In this document: positions 7,694-16,850 of the stretch, piece by piece
How positions within the stretch are numbered: the stretch's first letter is position 1
How the letters are laid out: each line of letters begins with the position of its first letter
Virus record (IMG/VR): IMGVR_UViG_3300009703_004110
Location: 1-64,000 of that record
Direction: 5' to 3' (one strand)
Length of the DNA: 64,000 bases
Notes under the pieces: model-generated
The model's input: the letters and a program-made list of their open reading frames with translations, nothing else
Database searches by the model: none
Told to the model about the DNA's origin: nothing
Translations under genes and position numbers: made by a program

Positions 7694-10567
7694 TTACTCC
7701 TCTTCTTCATTGTAAACCCAGGTCTCTTCGGGCAGGTAGATTGTTTCCGATGGATCTTCATCTTCATCACTTGGTAGGAATTCGGATGGAGTTATCCCCT
7801 TCGGATGTCTATTTGAAGGATCAAAGTATACTGGTGTATCACCTCTGTATCCCAGGTTTCCACTGTGAACATCTGTATTATCGGAGATTAACTGAAATAT
7901 CATTGATCGAACAATATCTGGCAACCAGCCCTTGGGAAGAGAAAGTCTTCTTTCTGCTTCTTTAAATACAGGCATAACTTCACCGTATAGACTTGAGCCA
8001 ATAAACTCGCCCACTAAGCCGTTAGTAAAAGTTTCTATATCTTTCATATCAGAATCAGGACCTGGTTTATTAGGTGCCCTCTGGAATGCACCACTGACAA
8101 CAACCTCATTTTGAGAATTTCTTTTGCCACCAAAATATACATTTAGCTTTCCAAAGGCTTTCTTAAATTCTCTCAATAATGACTTAGTTATATTAGACTC
8201 TTCTTTGTCTTCTATGTTCAGATATTTAGCCAAGTCTTTTAGCTGGTCATCATAAGATTTAACCATACTTCTGATTGGATTTAATTTCTCGATTACAACC
8301 CACGACATATTTCTTAGCTTCTTAACATCATATGGCTTCTTAGCTAATGGCACATCGAATATGCCATAGTCGAAAACCATTAGATTGTACTTGCTTCCCT
8401 TCTCTGGATCATGAACAGCTGCCGCCTGTTCTTTGTAATAGTCTAGGTCTTTATCATTAGACATAAGCTTAATCACACGATCATCTTCTGTAGTCCAAGC
8501 ATCGGCATAGCTACCAGATCCAAGAAAGTTTGTAGGCTTGTATCGTTCTAAGACGTCGGCGTTTCTGTTTAAGAAGTCCTTTACCCAGATCTCTTTACTT
8601 TCCCTGCTCTTCTCACCCTTAAACGAAGAAAACATTTCGCCTACTAAATTACCTATCACGGTTTCAGCGGAAAATATCTTACCGTACTCGCCAAACTCTC
8701 CCACTCTTTGTGGAAGTAAGTGCTCTAATCCGTATTGCTTGGCAAGCTCGGGAGTTAATATAGTCTCATCATAAGCGAAGTTTTCTCTGGCTCCATAATC
8801 TAGGTTTCTTCTGATTGGGCCAAGGGCGCTAGATAGAATAGTTTTAAGTCTATTTAGCTTCGCAGTCTTATCCCAGTCTCTAATTTCTGTATATTCTTCT
8901 GGTGCCTCATAAGCTGGAGACGGATTGTATGCATCAAAGAAGACCGGTGTAGTTCCGCGATAGCCCATGTTTTCTGGCTTAGTATCTCGGTGACCTCTAG
9001 TTAGAGACTTGAAGTTAGAAATCATAAAATCTTCAATCCATGATTTTTCTAGGCCATAGTGCTCTATGCCAGCGACTCTTAGTCTTTCTACTGAAAAATA
9101 CTGCTTGCGTCTCGAAGGCCTCTTCATCCATCTTTCGAAATGATGATTAATTCTCTTATCAACTAAGAATTTCGCAATATCTTCGTCAGATGTACTTCTC
9201 GGGATCTCGTCAGAGCCAGAAAGTATTTTGCTCATTGCTCTGGCAAAATCTGATACATAGCCAAGAAGATGATCAAGCGTAGGCTTACCTTGATAGGGAC
9301 TAAATCCAGGCTCTAAGAACTTCCTTGGTGTCTTAAGCTCTTCTGTAACTACCCATCCAAGATCAAAATGCTCTTTCATGTTTTCTTTAATTTCGCGCCC
9401 ATCTAAGCTTAATGGAAGATCTGGCATCCTAAATGGACCAGAATCATAAACTCTAAGGTCTCTCTTATCTCCAGTCTCAGGGTCAAAGGGCACGTCCTCA
9501 AGTCTTTTATATTCTTCCAAGGCTCCGAGCCCACCAAAGATCTTAAAGACTCGTCCATCCTCTAGCTTATAAGCGTGACCATGGGCTCCTGCACCAATGC
9601 TTTCTACTGGCATATACTCTGTAAATATGTCTGAATTAATATCTATGAACCTTTCGATAAAGGCTGCCGGGTTAGTATAGTTTTGTGACAGTTTTAACAA
9701 TGGCTCGGACTGCTCGATTAAATCAAATTGTGGCATTTCACCAAATAAATCATCAGCGTCATTTTGGCCAGGACTAAACGGATCAAAAAATACGGGAGTC
9801 TCGTTTCGATATCCGAGATTCTTAGAACCCAGGGTATCTACTCGTCCTTGTAACATAGAGTACAATAAAGCAATAATGTAGTTCTTTACAGTCTTCGAGC
9901 CCTCTGGAGAATCGTAGCCTTCCGGCTGGACTTCTTCTAATGGATAGAAGGCAATGAATCCTTGGTAAATTATATCTGCTGCTTTAGCCAGATTATCGGA
10001 AGTTATTTCCTTGATAGAGTCTGGATCAAAATTATAAGTGATATAATCATAGATGTTTCGATAGAATTCATCTTCACCAATCCCACCTTGATTCGGTAAG
10101 TATTCCGTTAGAGCCCATCCTAAGAAATCCACTCCTTTTTGCTCTGGAAGCTCGAATTTACCAAAGTCATAAATCTGAATGGTAGATTGTGTAGCGGCTC
10201 CCTGATAAAGCTTGTCAGTTTCTTCCTGATAGAAGCTCATTAGTTTTGGCTCATTAAAGAGCTTCAAGACCCTGCTGTCATCAGTGAGGTAAGCTTCGCC
10301 ATCCGCACCACCTCCAAGTCGTTTAACTGGGGTATGGATAGAGAAGATGGCAGAGTTCAGATCTAGAAATTTTCCAACCCATTGTTCTGCGATATTTTCA
10401 TCCATACCCTGAAGCATACTACCGAATAAGGGCGAATTCTGCACGAGATCAAGTCCAGGCATAATGCCCGAAGATAACTTATATAATGAAACAAGCTCCT
10501 CATCAAGGGACTCTTCTGTTAAGAGCTTTCCAAGATTATATAGTTTATTTGCTATCCTCGTCTTCAC
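7694..10567 (-). CDS. Protein with three tandem protein-kinase-like domains
   Basis: Three sets of G-loop + VxK (LGGGADG/VLK, IGAGAHG/VFK, LGSGSYA/VIK), catalytic loops (VDTLGSKN, HRDTKPEN, TDVHSGN) and (F/Y)FD. Confidence 0.85.
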   Translation of the reverse strand: MKTRIANKLYNLGKLLTEESLDEELVSLYKLSSGIMPGLDLVQNSPLFGSMLQGMDENIAEQWVGKFLDLNSAIFSIHTPVKRLGGGADGEAYLTDDSRVLKLFNEPKLMSFYQEETDKLYQGAATQSTIQIYDFGKFELPEQKGVDFLGWALTEYLPNQGGIGEDEFYRNIYDYITYNFDPDSIKEITSDNLAKAADIIYQGFIAFYPLEEVQPEGYDSPEGSKTVKNYIIALLYSMLQGRVDTLGSKNLGYRNETPVFFDPFSPGQNDADDLFGEMPQFDLIEQSEPLLKLSQNYTNPAAFIERFIDINSDIFTEYMPVESIGAGAHGHAYKLEDGRVFKIFGGLGALEEYKRLEDVPFDPETGDKRDLRVYDSGPFRMPDLPLSLDGREIKENMKEHFDLGWVVTEELKTPRKFLEPGFSPYQGKPTLDHLLGYVSDFARAMSKILSGSDEIPRSTSDEDIAKFLVDKRINHHFERWMKRPSRRKQYFSVERLRVAGIEHYGLEKSWIEDFMISNFKSLTRGHRDTKPENMGYRGTTPVFFDAYNPSPAYEAPEEYTEIRDWDKTAKLNRLKTILSSALGPIRRNLDYGARENFAYDETILTPELAKQYGLEHLLPQRVGEFGEYGKIFSAETVIGNLVGEMFSSFKGEKSRESKEIWVKDFLNRNADVLERYKPTNFLGSGSYADAWTTEDDRVIKLMSNDKDLDYYKEQAAAVHDPEKGSKYNLMVFDYGIFDVPLAKKPYDVKKLRNMSWVVIEKLNPIRSMVKSYDDQLKDLAKYLNIEDKEESNITKSLLREFKKAFGKLNVYFGGKRNSQNEVVVSGAFQRAPNKPGPDSDMKDIETFTNGLVGEFIGSSLYGEVMPVFKEAERRLSLPKGWLPDIVRSMIFQLISDNTDVHSGNLGYRGDTPVYFDPSNRHPKGITPSEFLPSDEDEDPSETIYLPEETWVYNEEEE

Positions 10568-10836
10568 CTACCTGCTCTCCAGTGTCTTTTGTACCAACGT
10601 TCCATAACTATTATCGCATCTTCAATCTCAGACTCTTGCTCTTTTACTTTTTTCATGATAATCAAGACAGATTCGACTTCCTTAATTATTCGCAAGATTT
10701 GTTTGCACCGCTCCCTTTTACCCGGTATAGCCATAATGTGCGCCCACCGCGTATCCAGATTGCGCGCATAACGCATTGCGTCTGCTCGGTTTATCGGGTA
10801 TTTTATCTGATGAAGGTTCTTCATGTTGCTGGTCAC
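10564..10836 (-). CDS. Hypothetical protein
   Basis: 90-aa ORF with GTGA overlap to the kinase gene; start uncertain. Confidence 0.55.
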   Translation of the reverse strand: MTSNMKNLHQIKYPINRADAMRYARNLDTRWAHIMAIPGKRERCKQILRIIKEVESVLIIMKKVKEQESEIEDAIIVMERWYKRHWRAGR

Positions 10837-10938
10837 CAGTAAGATGTTGCGTGTTCATTTGGGCGCATCCTTTGTAATTAAATAGTACCTATCTTGCTAT
10901 CAAATATTAATAGTAATTGTTTATTAGGGAGAATATGT

Positions 10939-11451
10939 ATGTCAGAATGGCAAACATCGAAATTAAAATCGCACACAATACGAGATTTAAGTCAAAACGT
11001 ATATTCGTTTGACGAATTTATTGAATCATTAAAAGAGCACAACGAACAAGGTTATGATACCTTCGTTGGTACCGACTCACAAATTCATAAGGGCCAGATC
11101 CACATTGCAACTTGTGTAGCCTTTGTACGTAGAGATAAGCCAGACATAGGCGGAGACAGATCCGGTCAGGTATTCTACATTAAGGAGAAAATCTCGCGTA
11201 GAGATTATCCAAATCTACGCATGAGAATGATGCTAGAGGCATACAGGTCTTTAGAGGTTGCAATGGAGATAGAACAATATGTTACTGAAACTCTTAGTGT
11301 TCACCTTGATATTGGGCCTAATCCTAGGAAGTCTAAGACCTCCGCATTTAAGGTAGAGCTAACCGGCATGATCAAGGGTCAGGGCTATGAAGTAGCTATC
11401 AAGCCTGACGCTTGGTGTGCTTCCGGTGTAGCCGATCGAGTATGTCGTTAG
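10939..11451 (+). CDS. RNase H-like YkuK (DUF458) family protein
   Basis: VGTDSQ, EAYRS, VHLDIG, IKPDAWCASGVAD motifs; start at MSEWQ. Confidence 0.85.
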   Translation: MSEWQTSKLKSHTIRDLSQNVYSFDEFIESLKEHNEQGYDTFVGTDSQIHKGQIHIATCVAFVRRDKPDIGGDRSGQVFYIKEKISRRDYPNLRMRMMLEAYRSLEVAMEIEQYVTETLSVHLDIGPNPRKSKTSAFKVELTGMIKGQGYEVAIKPDAWCASGVADRVCR

Positions 11452-11474
11452 AACTGAAGTAAAATAGGTACTAA

Positions 11475-11510
11475 AAAAGGGGAAGAGAGTTTAAACTCTC
11501 TTCCCCTTTT
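11475..11510. terminator. Bidirectional rho-independent terminator
   Basis: Perfect 36-bp palindrome AAAAGGGGAAGAGAGTTTAAACTCTCTTCCCCTTTT between convergent genes. Confidence 0.9.
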
Positions 11511-11521
11511 GCTTTGTCTGA

Positions 11522-12094
11522 TTATTTCTCTTGAGATGTTTCTAATAGCTTTACCAACTCAATATAAGATGGATAGTGTGCCTTCTTAAGAAAGGATGCC
11601 AAGTGGCTCAATTTCTCCATCTTCCATGAATCAGGAAGTAGACCATGAAGTTCGCCTGGAGTCTCTGTGTGCTGTAATTGAACAAATTGAATTTTATTAT
11701 CCGGGTATTGTTCCTGAAGATAAGTAAACTCAAAGTTGTCATCATCGAAATGAAGTTCTGAGCCAATCTCTTGTAGCTTATGTGCCTTGTCATTACCTAC
11801 AAAAATTAGCTCTTTAAAGTGTTATAGCATACCATTCGCTTGTAGAAATTCGATAACTTCGACACGATTTTCTGGTGAGTCCTTTCTGCTGGTAACCATG
11901 TATAATGTAGTGCCAGCTGCAGACAAGCGTGTGATAATATCTTTGATAATCGGAGACATTCTATGTCCAGTTACTTCATAATTAGCCCAGTCTTCTGGCA
12001 CTCGATAGATGTTAAATTGCAGAGTATCATCGAAATCAAAGCTCGCCATAGCGGGCGGGCTGGCCATAATTGATTCGATTAACTCTGCGCTCAT
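11522..12094 (-). pseudogene. HAD-superfamily phosphatase interrupted by an in-frame TAA at 11822-11824
   Basis: FDFDDTL (motif I) and VTSR (II) precede the stop; the same frame continues with NDK (III) and LHFDDD (IV) to a TAA at 11522. Confidence 0.75.
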
Positions 12095-12096
12095 TT

Positions 12097-12432
12097 TTAC
12101 TTTCCTGGCGCGAAGCTCATACCGCACCCACAGGATTTAGAGCCTGGAACATTAAACTTAAATCCACCATTAACAATATCGTCTGAAAAATCTATCTCCA
12201 TTCCATTTAGATAAAGATATGATTTTCTATCAACTACAATTGACTCTTCTGTCTCTTGATCTACGACAACCAGTCTATCTCCTTCTGAAATCTGGCTGGT
12301 TATTTCTACTTCATACATAAATCCAGAGCAACCTCCTCCACGTAAGGCAACCTTTAAGTGGCCGTCCGGCATTTGAAGTTGATTTCTGAGGCTAGCGATT
12401 TTTGCTAGCGCATTAGCTGTAGCTGTGATCAT
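12097..12432 (-). CDS. iscA: A-type Fe-S cluster carrier (IscA/HesB family)
   Basis: GGGCSGF and SCGCGMSF motifs. Confidence 0.92.
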   Translation of the reverse strand: MITATANALAKIASLRNQLQMPDGHLKVALRGGGCSGFMYEVEITSQISEGDRLVVVDQETEESIVVDRKSYLYLNGMEIDFSDDIVNGGFKFNVPGSKSCGCGMSFAPGK

Positions 12433-12734
12433 TATTCTATTCCGTGTAGTCTCTCCGCCACTCTAAGTAAAATTAGGTAGCCTAGAAGATCTTTTGTTAT
12501 ATCCTCACTGTTTATAGCATTATTATTAGATACATGGTCATTTGCCATACGAGATAATTTATCATCAATTCGACATTTTATTTGTTCTACTGGAGACGCT
12601 TTTGAAAAGATTCTTTTCGGATTAATTGCCGAGTTTCCATAAGCTTGATTCTTCTCGATTAACAAATCTTTAACACCATCGCATTCTTCCGCAATTAGTG
12701 CCTGCACCTCATCTAATGTAAACTTTTTACTCAT
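12432..12734 (-). CDS. Nucleotide-modification-associated domain protein (DUF1599-like)
   Basis: KNQAYGNSA, RIDDKLSR, DLLGYLIL. Confidence 0.75.
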   Translation of the reverse strand: MSKKFTLDEVQALIAEECDGVKDLLIEKNQAYGNSAINPKRIFSKASPVEQIKCRIDDKLSRMANDHVSNNNAINSEDITKDLLGYLILLRVAERLHGIE

Positions 12735-13230
12735 CCGTTTCCTCCATTATTTCTTTCATCATTTGGCCTTTGTAATTTTCAGAATATAAAACTGAATATA
12801 CAAAGTTTTTAACTCTTTCATCTCCAATGTCAATTACCTCAGAATTATATATTTCGTCTATATGTAATAAGGAAAGATGCTTGTTTTTCTGAATTATCGG
12901 ACCGTAAGCCTGAACAGCCTTTGGCGATAGCTTTACCAAGATGTGCTTTACTCTATCATAATCCTTTTCATCTTCATTAAACTCAAAGTCGGGATCATCT
13001 GTTTTGAGATCTACCAGGGCCAAGCTCCCATATTCATTGGGAGGGAGTTTGATATAATTGTATATTGTCCTTCCAAGATATTCATCATACTTCATATTAG
13101 AGGTTTTTGAAAACCTTGGTATATCAAAGGAGGGCGTCGCCTCTCCTTTGTTTATTGTTAATATGTATTCACCAAATATAAAGTAAATATATGTCAGCTC
13201 TGCGCCGAACAGTATAATCAGCTCGTCCAT
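12727..13230 (-). CDS. Hypothetical protein
   Basis: 167-aa ORF in an operon-like run. Confidence 0.7.
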   Translation of the reverse strand: MDELIILFGAELTYIYFIFGEYILTINKGEATPSFDIPRFSKTSNMKYDEYLGRTIYNYIKLPPNEYGSLALVDLKTDDPDFEFNEDEKDYDRVKHILVKLSPKAVQAYGPIIQKNKHLSLLHIDEIYNSEVIDIGDERVKNFVYSVLYSENYKGQMMKEIMEETDE

Positions 13231-13233
13231 ATT

Positions 13234-13629
13234 TTATCCTTTAGCTATGTATTCTTTTAATGTGCTTACCAACCATTTTCCTAGAGGAATGAAGTCATAA
13301 TTATCAAGCTCTTCTATCGTAATCCAGGCCATATCAGAACTCTCATTATTAATTTTAGCTTCTCCTTCGGATTTTTTTGTTCCATAAAAGTAAAGAATTT
13401 TATCTGACTGCTCAATTTGTCCGAAATAATCAAGCTTATTTTCATTAGCCCATAGGTTAGCTTCTTCTTCTAACTCTCTTGCGGCAGCTTGAAAAGGATA
13501 TTCGTACTTATCTACTTCTCCACCTGGAAAGTTCCATAGTCCTGGCGCGGTTGTCCAATCAGCTCTTTTTAATATCAGAAATTTATCATTACGTACTGGT
13601 ATCAGTATCGCCACTTTTCTTTTGGTCAT
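13234..13629 (-). CDS. NUDIX hydrolase
   Basis: Nudix box GGEVDKYEYPFQAAARELEEEANL. Confidence 0.92.
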   Translation of the reverse strand: MTKRKVAILIPVRNDKFLILKRADWTTAPGLWNFPGGEVDKYEYPFQAAARELEEEANLWANENKLDYFGQIEQSDKILYFYGTKKSEGEAKINNESSDMAWITIEELDNYDFIPLGKWLVSTLKEYIAKG

Positions 13630-13852
13630 ATGCTAACCTCTTTTGCATTGTTTCGTAAAGCTCTGTTATAACAGAGCTTCCTGTCGTGGTGAATAAAAAC
13701 GGAAAAACGCCGTGAACTAATAGAACAACGGCGGTTGATGCTAATATGAATGAAGTTCTGACGCAACACCATAAATGTTCCAGATATGTTTCTCCGACAG
13801 ATTCTGGATGTTTATTAAAGTCTTCTTTTATTTTCTTGCAACAGCCTTTCAT
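13589..13852 (-). CDS. DUF6356-like small membrane protein
   Basis: HPESVGETYLEH and VHGVFPFLFTTTGS. Confidence 0.75.
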   Translation of the reverse strand: MKGCCKKIKEDFNKHPESVGETYLEHLWCCVRTSFILASTAVVLLVHGVFPFLFTTTGSSVITELYETMQKRLAYDQKKSGDTDTST

Positions 13853-14385
13853 CCTATGGCTCCTTCTAAGTTTACTACTCCAAGTCTATACAACTTTCTT
13901 TTTAAGGTAGGGCTCTTTGTATCTGTATATATTTGATACATAGATCCTACTTCTTCAAACTTATATAGTTTATTAACCAAAGATAAATGCGTTAAAGCAG
14001 AGACGCAATCTTGATATCTCGTAGCCAACTCAACATATGGCATTGGCCTTTTTCCAAGCTTAGCTACTTGATAATATGCTGCCGAGCCCATATCTGTATA
14101 ATATGAATGATTGTTTATGCTATCTGGAAAGTATCCTGAAATAAACAAACTGTAATCTCCAAGCTGCCTTAGTCTTTGCATCCTCTCTATTCTACCAGGT
14201 GCTCCTTTTGCTTCTAGATATAAATCTACCAAATAGGTCTTTTCTCCTGCCGCCCATACCGCTTCTGAGGTTATAGAATTGGTCATTAAGTCAACAAGGT
14301 AAGATAATGATCTTGGGGCTATTGGCCCTCGCCTGTCTAGAATATGAGACAGTTCTTCTCTAAAAGAAGAAGCTGGTTCTTGCAT
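13849..14385 (-). CDS. Conserved uncharacterised bacterial-type protein
   Basis: LGDYSLFISGYFPDS...YYTDMGSAAY pattern recalls a conserved bacterial hypothetical family. Confidence 0.65.
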   Translation of the reverse strand: MQEPASSFREELSHILDRRGPIAPRSLSYLVDLMTNSITSEAVWAAGEKTYLVDLYLEAKGAPGRIERMQRLRQLGDYSLFISGYFPDSINNHSYYTDMGSAAYYQVAKLGKRPMPYVELATRYQDCVSALTHLSLVNKLYKFEEVGSMYQIYTDTKSPTLKRKLYRLGVVNLEGAIG

Positions 14386-14387
14386 GG

Positions 14388-14633
14388 TTACTCCGCAAAT
14401 TCGGCATTCTCCACAACTAATTCATCATTTTGAAAATGTTCTATCATGTAATTTTGAATCTGAAACAGCGTTGCTCCTAAAGATGAGGGACAGCCTGCGC
14501 AGCCCCCGTGAAAAGAAAGTATTACCCTATTCTCTTCAACTCTTGATAGTGACACAAATCCATTATGAATGGCCAAAGAAGGATTGATTTCTTCTTGCAA
14601 TAATTCATTTACATTTTTGTTATTTAATTCCAT
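14388..14633 (-). CDS. NifU/NfuA C-terminal (Nfu) Fe-S carrier domain
   Basis: INPSLAIHNG and GGCAGCPSS (CxxC). Confidence 0.9.
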   Translation of the reverse strand: MELNNKNVNELLQEEINPSLAIHNGFVSLSRVEENRVILSFHGGCAGCPSSLGATLFQIQNYMIEHFQNDELVVENAEFAE

Positions 14634-14657
14634 ATTCTGCTTCCTCTTATAAACCTA

Positions 14658-15236
14658 TTATAGATAGGACTTATTAAGTTCGTCGCTAAATATTTCAAAT
14701 AAAGAGCGAGACTCTCTGTCTTTTTCGCTCAACCTCAAGTCTTTCATCCAGCTATTGATAATCTCAGTTCCTTCTTCTAAGTTAGAATAAGCCTCTGGCC
14801 TAGCCTCGATTTCTATAACGTCCCTGCCATCTTCTAACGTATAAAATGATACATCGCAATCTTCAAAGTGATAGATCCAAGCCTTCTTGGTAACTGTGAA
14901 TTGGAATTCATAATTTGCTAGCTTTAAGAAATCTACTACATTCTCTTCAGGATTGCCCAAGACGTTGATATCAACTTCTTTTCTGCATGAATTACCATTT
15001 ATCTTTCTCTTAATGGTTATTTCAGCGTATGGGTTTCCACTTCTTAAAGAGACGCCTTTTCTGTGCCTCAGGAAGCCCTGATGCCCGCTACTGGTGTAAT
15101 AGTCATCTTCTGATATTACAACCTTTGGAACCAAGGTTTCTTCAGCAAGGTTCTCTACGATCTCATGAAACTGGCGTCTATTGACGTGAGCCCAGAACTT
15201 ATATTCGATCTCAGTATTTATTTTAGTATTAAACAT
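14658..15236 (-). CDS. CYTH domain protein (class IV adenylate cyclase / triphosphate tunnel metalloenzyme)
   Basis: EIEYKF (ExExK), DDYY, LRHR, IEIE; start moved to MFNTK. Confidence 0.8.
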   Translation of the reverse strand: MFNTKINTEIEYKFWAHVNRRQFHEIVENLAEETLVPKVVISEDDYYTSSGHQGFLRHRKGVSLRSGNPYAEITIKRKINGNSCRKEVDINVLGNPEENVVDFLKLANYEFQFTVTKKAWIYHFEDCDVSFYTLEDGRDVIEIEARPEAYSNLEEGTEIINSWMKDLRLSEKDRESRSLFEIFSDELNKSYL

Positions 15237-15246
15237 AATCATCCTT

Positions 15247-15807
15247 TTATAACATGGAGGCTTGAGGGTGGTGCTTATAACACCTTGGCTCATACATTTC
15301 TGAGCCTCCCACCTCAATTTCTCCGGACGCCTTTTCGCCTGCACCTTCGAACTTGAAGGTGAAGTGTGCGTCTTCATAACACTCAGTTACGCCACATATA
15401 GAGCTACATTTATAAATCTCTGTGGCATAAGGCATTATGAGTGCAATGTCTGGAAATGGTTCCAGGCTTGATGAGAGATCAAGAGAGGAAACCAAAACAA
15501 TCTTATCTTGAGCATATAGGCTTAGAATTTCTGAGCCAATATTCTTAATCATGAATGCTTCGTCAATTGCTATGACATCATAAAGTTCAGGATTGAGCTT
15601 TCTAATATCAAAAAGATTCTTTACGCTTACAGCTTCCAGGGATATTCCTGTATGTGTACATACGTGTGTCTCTGAGAATCTACCATCTACCTTGGGTTTG
15701 AGTAGAAGGATTTTCTTGTTCTTATATCTATATCTATCTAATTCTGCTAAAACGCTTGTTGTCTTTCCCGAGAACATCGGGCCAACATAAAGAGCTAATC
15801 TTGCCAT
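15247..15807 (-). CDS. tdk: Thymidine kinase
   Basis: GPMFSGKTT, IDEAFM, VGGSEMYEPRC. Confidence 0.95.
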   Translation of the reverse strand: MARLALYVGPMFSGKTTSVLAELDRYRYKNKKILLLKPKVDGRFSETHVCTHTGISLEAVSVKNLFDIRKLNPELYDVIAIDEAFMIKNIGSEILSLYAQDKIVLVSSLDLSSSLEPFPDIALIMPYATEIYKCSSICGVTECYEDAHFTFKFEGAGEKASGEIEVGGSEMYEPRCYKHHPQASML

Positions 15808-16022
15808 TGTTCGTCACCTAACTGAATATCTTCCTCTCGTTCGATATTTATAAAATTCCATCCAGTTTGATAAGCGGCTCTCCCACCGTTACTAAAATAA
15901 AGCATGTACTGAATAGTTTGGTCAGATAAAATGGCCGTATCTACGTCTTGAAAAGTTCCGTAATGTGGATAAACTTCTGTGACTCGCTTAATTATTTGTT
16001 TTTCTAATTCATTAAGTGTCAT
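15795..16022 (-). CDS. Hypothetical protein
   Basis: 75-aa ORF overlapping both neighbours. Confidence 0.6.
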   Translation of the reverse strand: MTLNELEKQIIKRVTEVYPHYGTFQDVDTAILSDQTIQYMLYFSNGGRAAYQTGWNFINIEREEDIQLGDEQWQD

Positions 16023-16788
16023 TTAATTTCCTGTATATCTTCTCTATATGTTTCTTAAAATCATTCAAACTAGCTGTTTTCTTCATCGAGTTACAAGTAA
16101 AGCAGCAAGGTACGATGTTGTCTAATTGATATCCAATAGTGCTATCTATTCTATCTAGACCTATTGTCTTTATTTTATCATCACAATATGTACAATTTGA
16201 TTGCCAATATTTATAAAACTCTTTATCAGACAAAGACCATTCAATATTTCTTTTTTTTGCTCCTATCTTATAAGTTGCCAATCTTCCTTTTTTTGTATTT
16301 TTATATAACTTATTCTTCTTATTAGAACAATCTTTGCATATATTAGATATTCCATCTTTAGAACGAGATTCTTTTATAAAGAATTTAAGTAATTTTTCTA
16401 TGTTGCACGAAGAGCAGGTTTTAATTATTGTATCAAGCTCCTCTTCTGTTCGATAATTATCTCTATAATCATATTTTCTATCGCGCGCATATCTGGCATC
16501 ACAAGTTTTACAATAACAACTTAATCCATCTGTTCTTTCCAGTACTTTATAAAAAAATTTTCCAAGTTTTAACTTGTGACATTTCATACATTCTTTTCTT
16601 TTTTTAAAAATTTGACTATAATTATGTCCACCGCTTTGAATTATTTTATTAACTCTTTTTTCTTTAATCTTTCTTGTCTGAGCTGATCTACATTTTTTAC
16701 ATACATTCCTATATGAATCAGAGTCTTTTCTAAAAGAAAACTTCTCTATATTTTTATCTGTATTGCACTCTTTGCATATCTTTTTCAT
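16012..16788 (-). CDS. HNH homing endonuclease with three N-terminal Zn-ribbon repeats
   Basis: Repeated CxxC...CKxC units; C-terminal CTYC...GLDRIDS..GY..DNIVPCCFTCN. Confidence 0.85.
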   Translation of the reverse strand: MKKICKECNTDKNIEKFSFRKDSDSYRNVCKKCRSAQTRKIKEKRVNKIIQSGGHNYSQIFKKRKECMKCHKLKLGKFFYKVLERTDGLSCYCKTCDARYARDRKYDYRDNYRTEEELDTIIKTCSSCNIEKLLKFFIKESRSKDGISNICKDCSNKKNKLYKNTKKGRLATYKIGAKKRNIEWSLSDKEFYKYWQSNCTYCDDKIKTIGLDRIDSTIGYQLDNIVPCCFTCNSMKKTASLNDFKKHIEKIYRKLNDT

Positions 16789-16804
16789 TATATAATAATT
16801 CTCC

Positions 16805-16845
16805 GGGCAGTATGGTGCTTTTTACTTTAAATTACCATACTGCCC
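16805..16845. promoter_or_regulatory. 12-bp inverted repeat between topA and the HNH gene
   Basis: GGGCAGTATGGT ... ACCATACTGCCC, immediately upstream of the HNH RBS. Confidence 0.6.
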
Positions 16846-16850
16846 TACTT

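Noticed and set aside
11822-11824. Genome-wide stop-codon reassignment
   Set aside because: TAA, TAG and TGA all end well-conserved genes at the expected positions, and long genes are intact under the standard code; only one in-frame TAA was seen.
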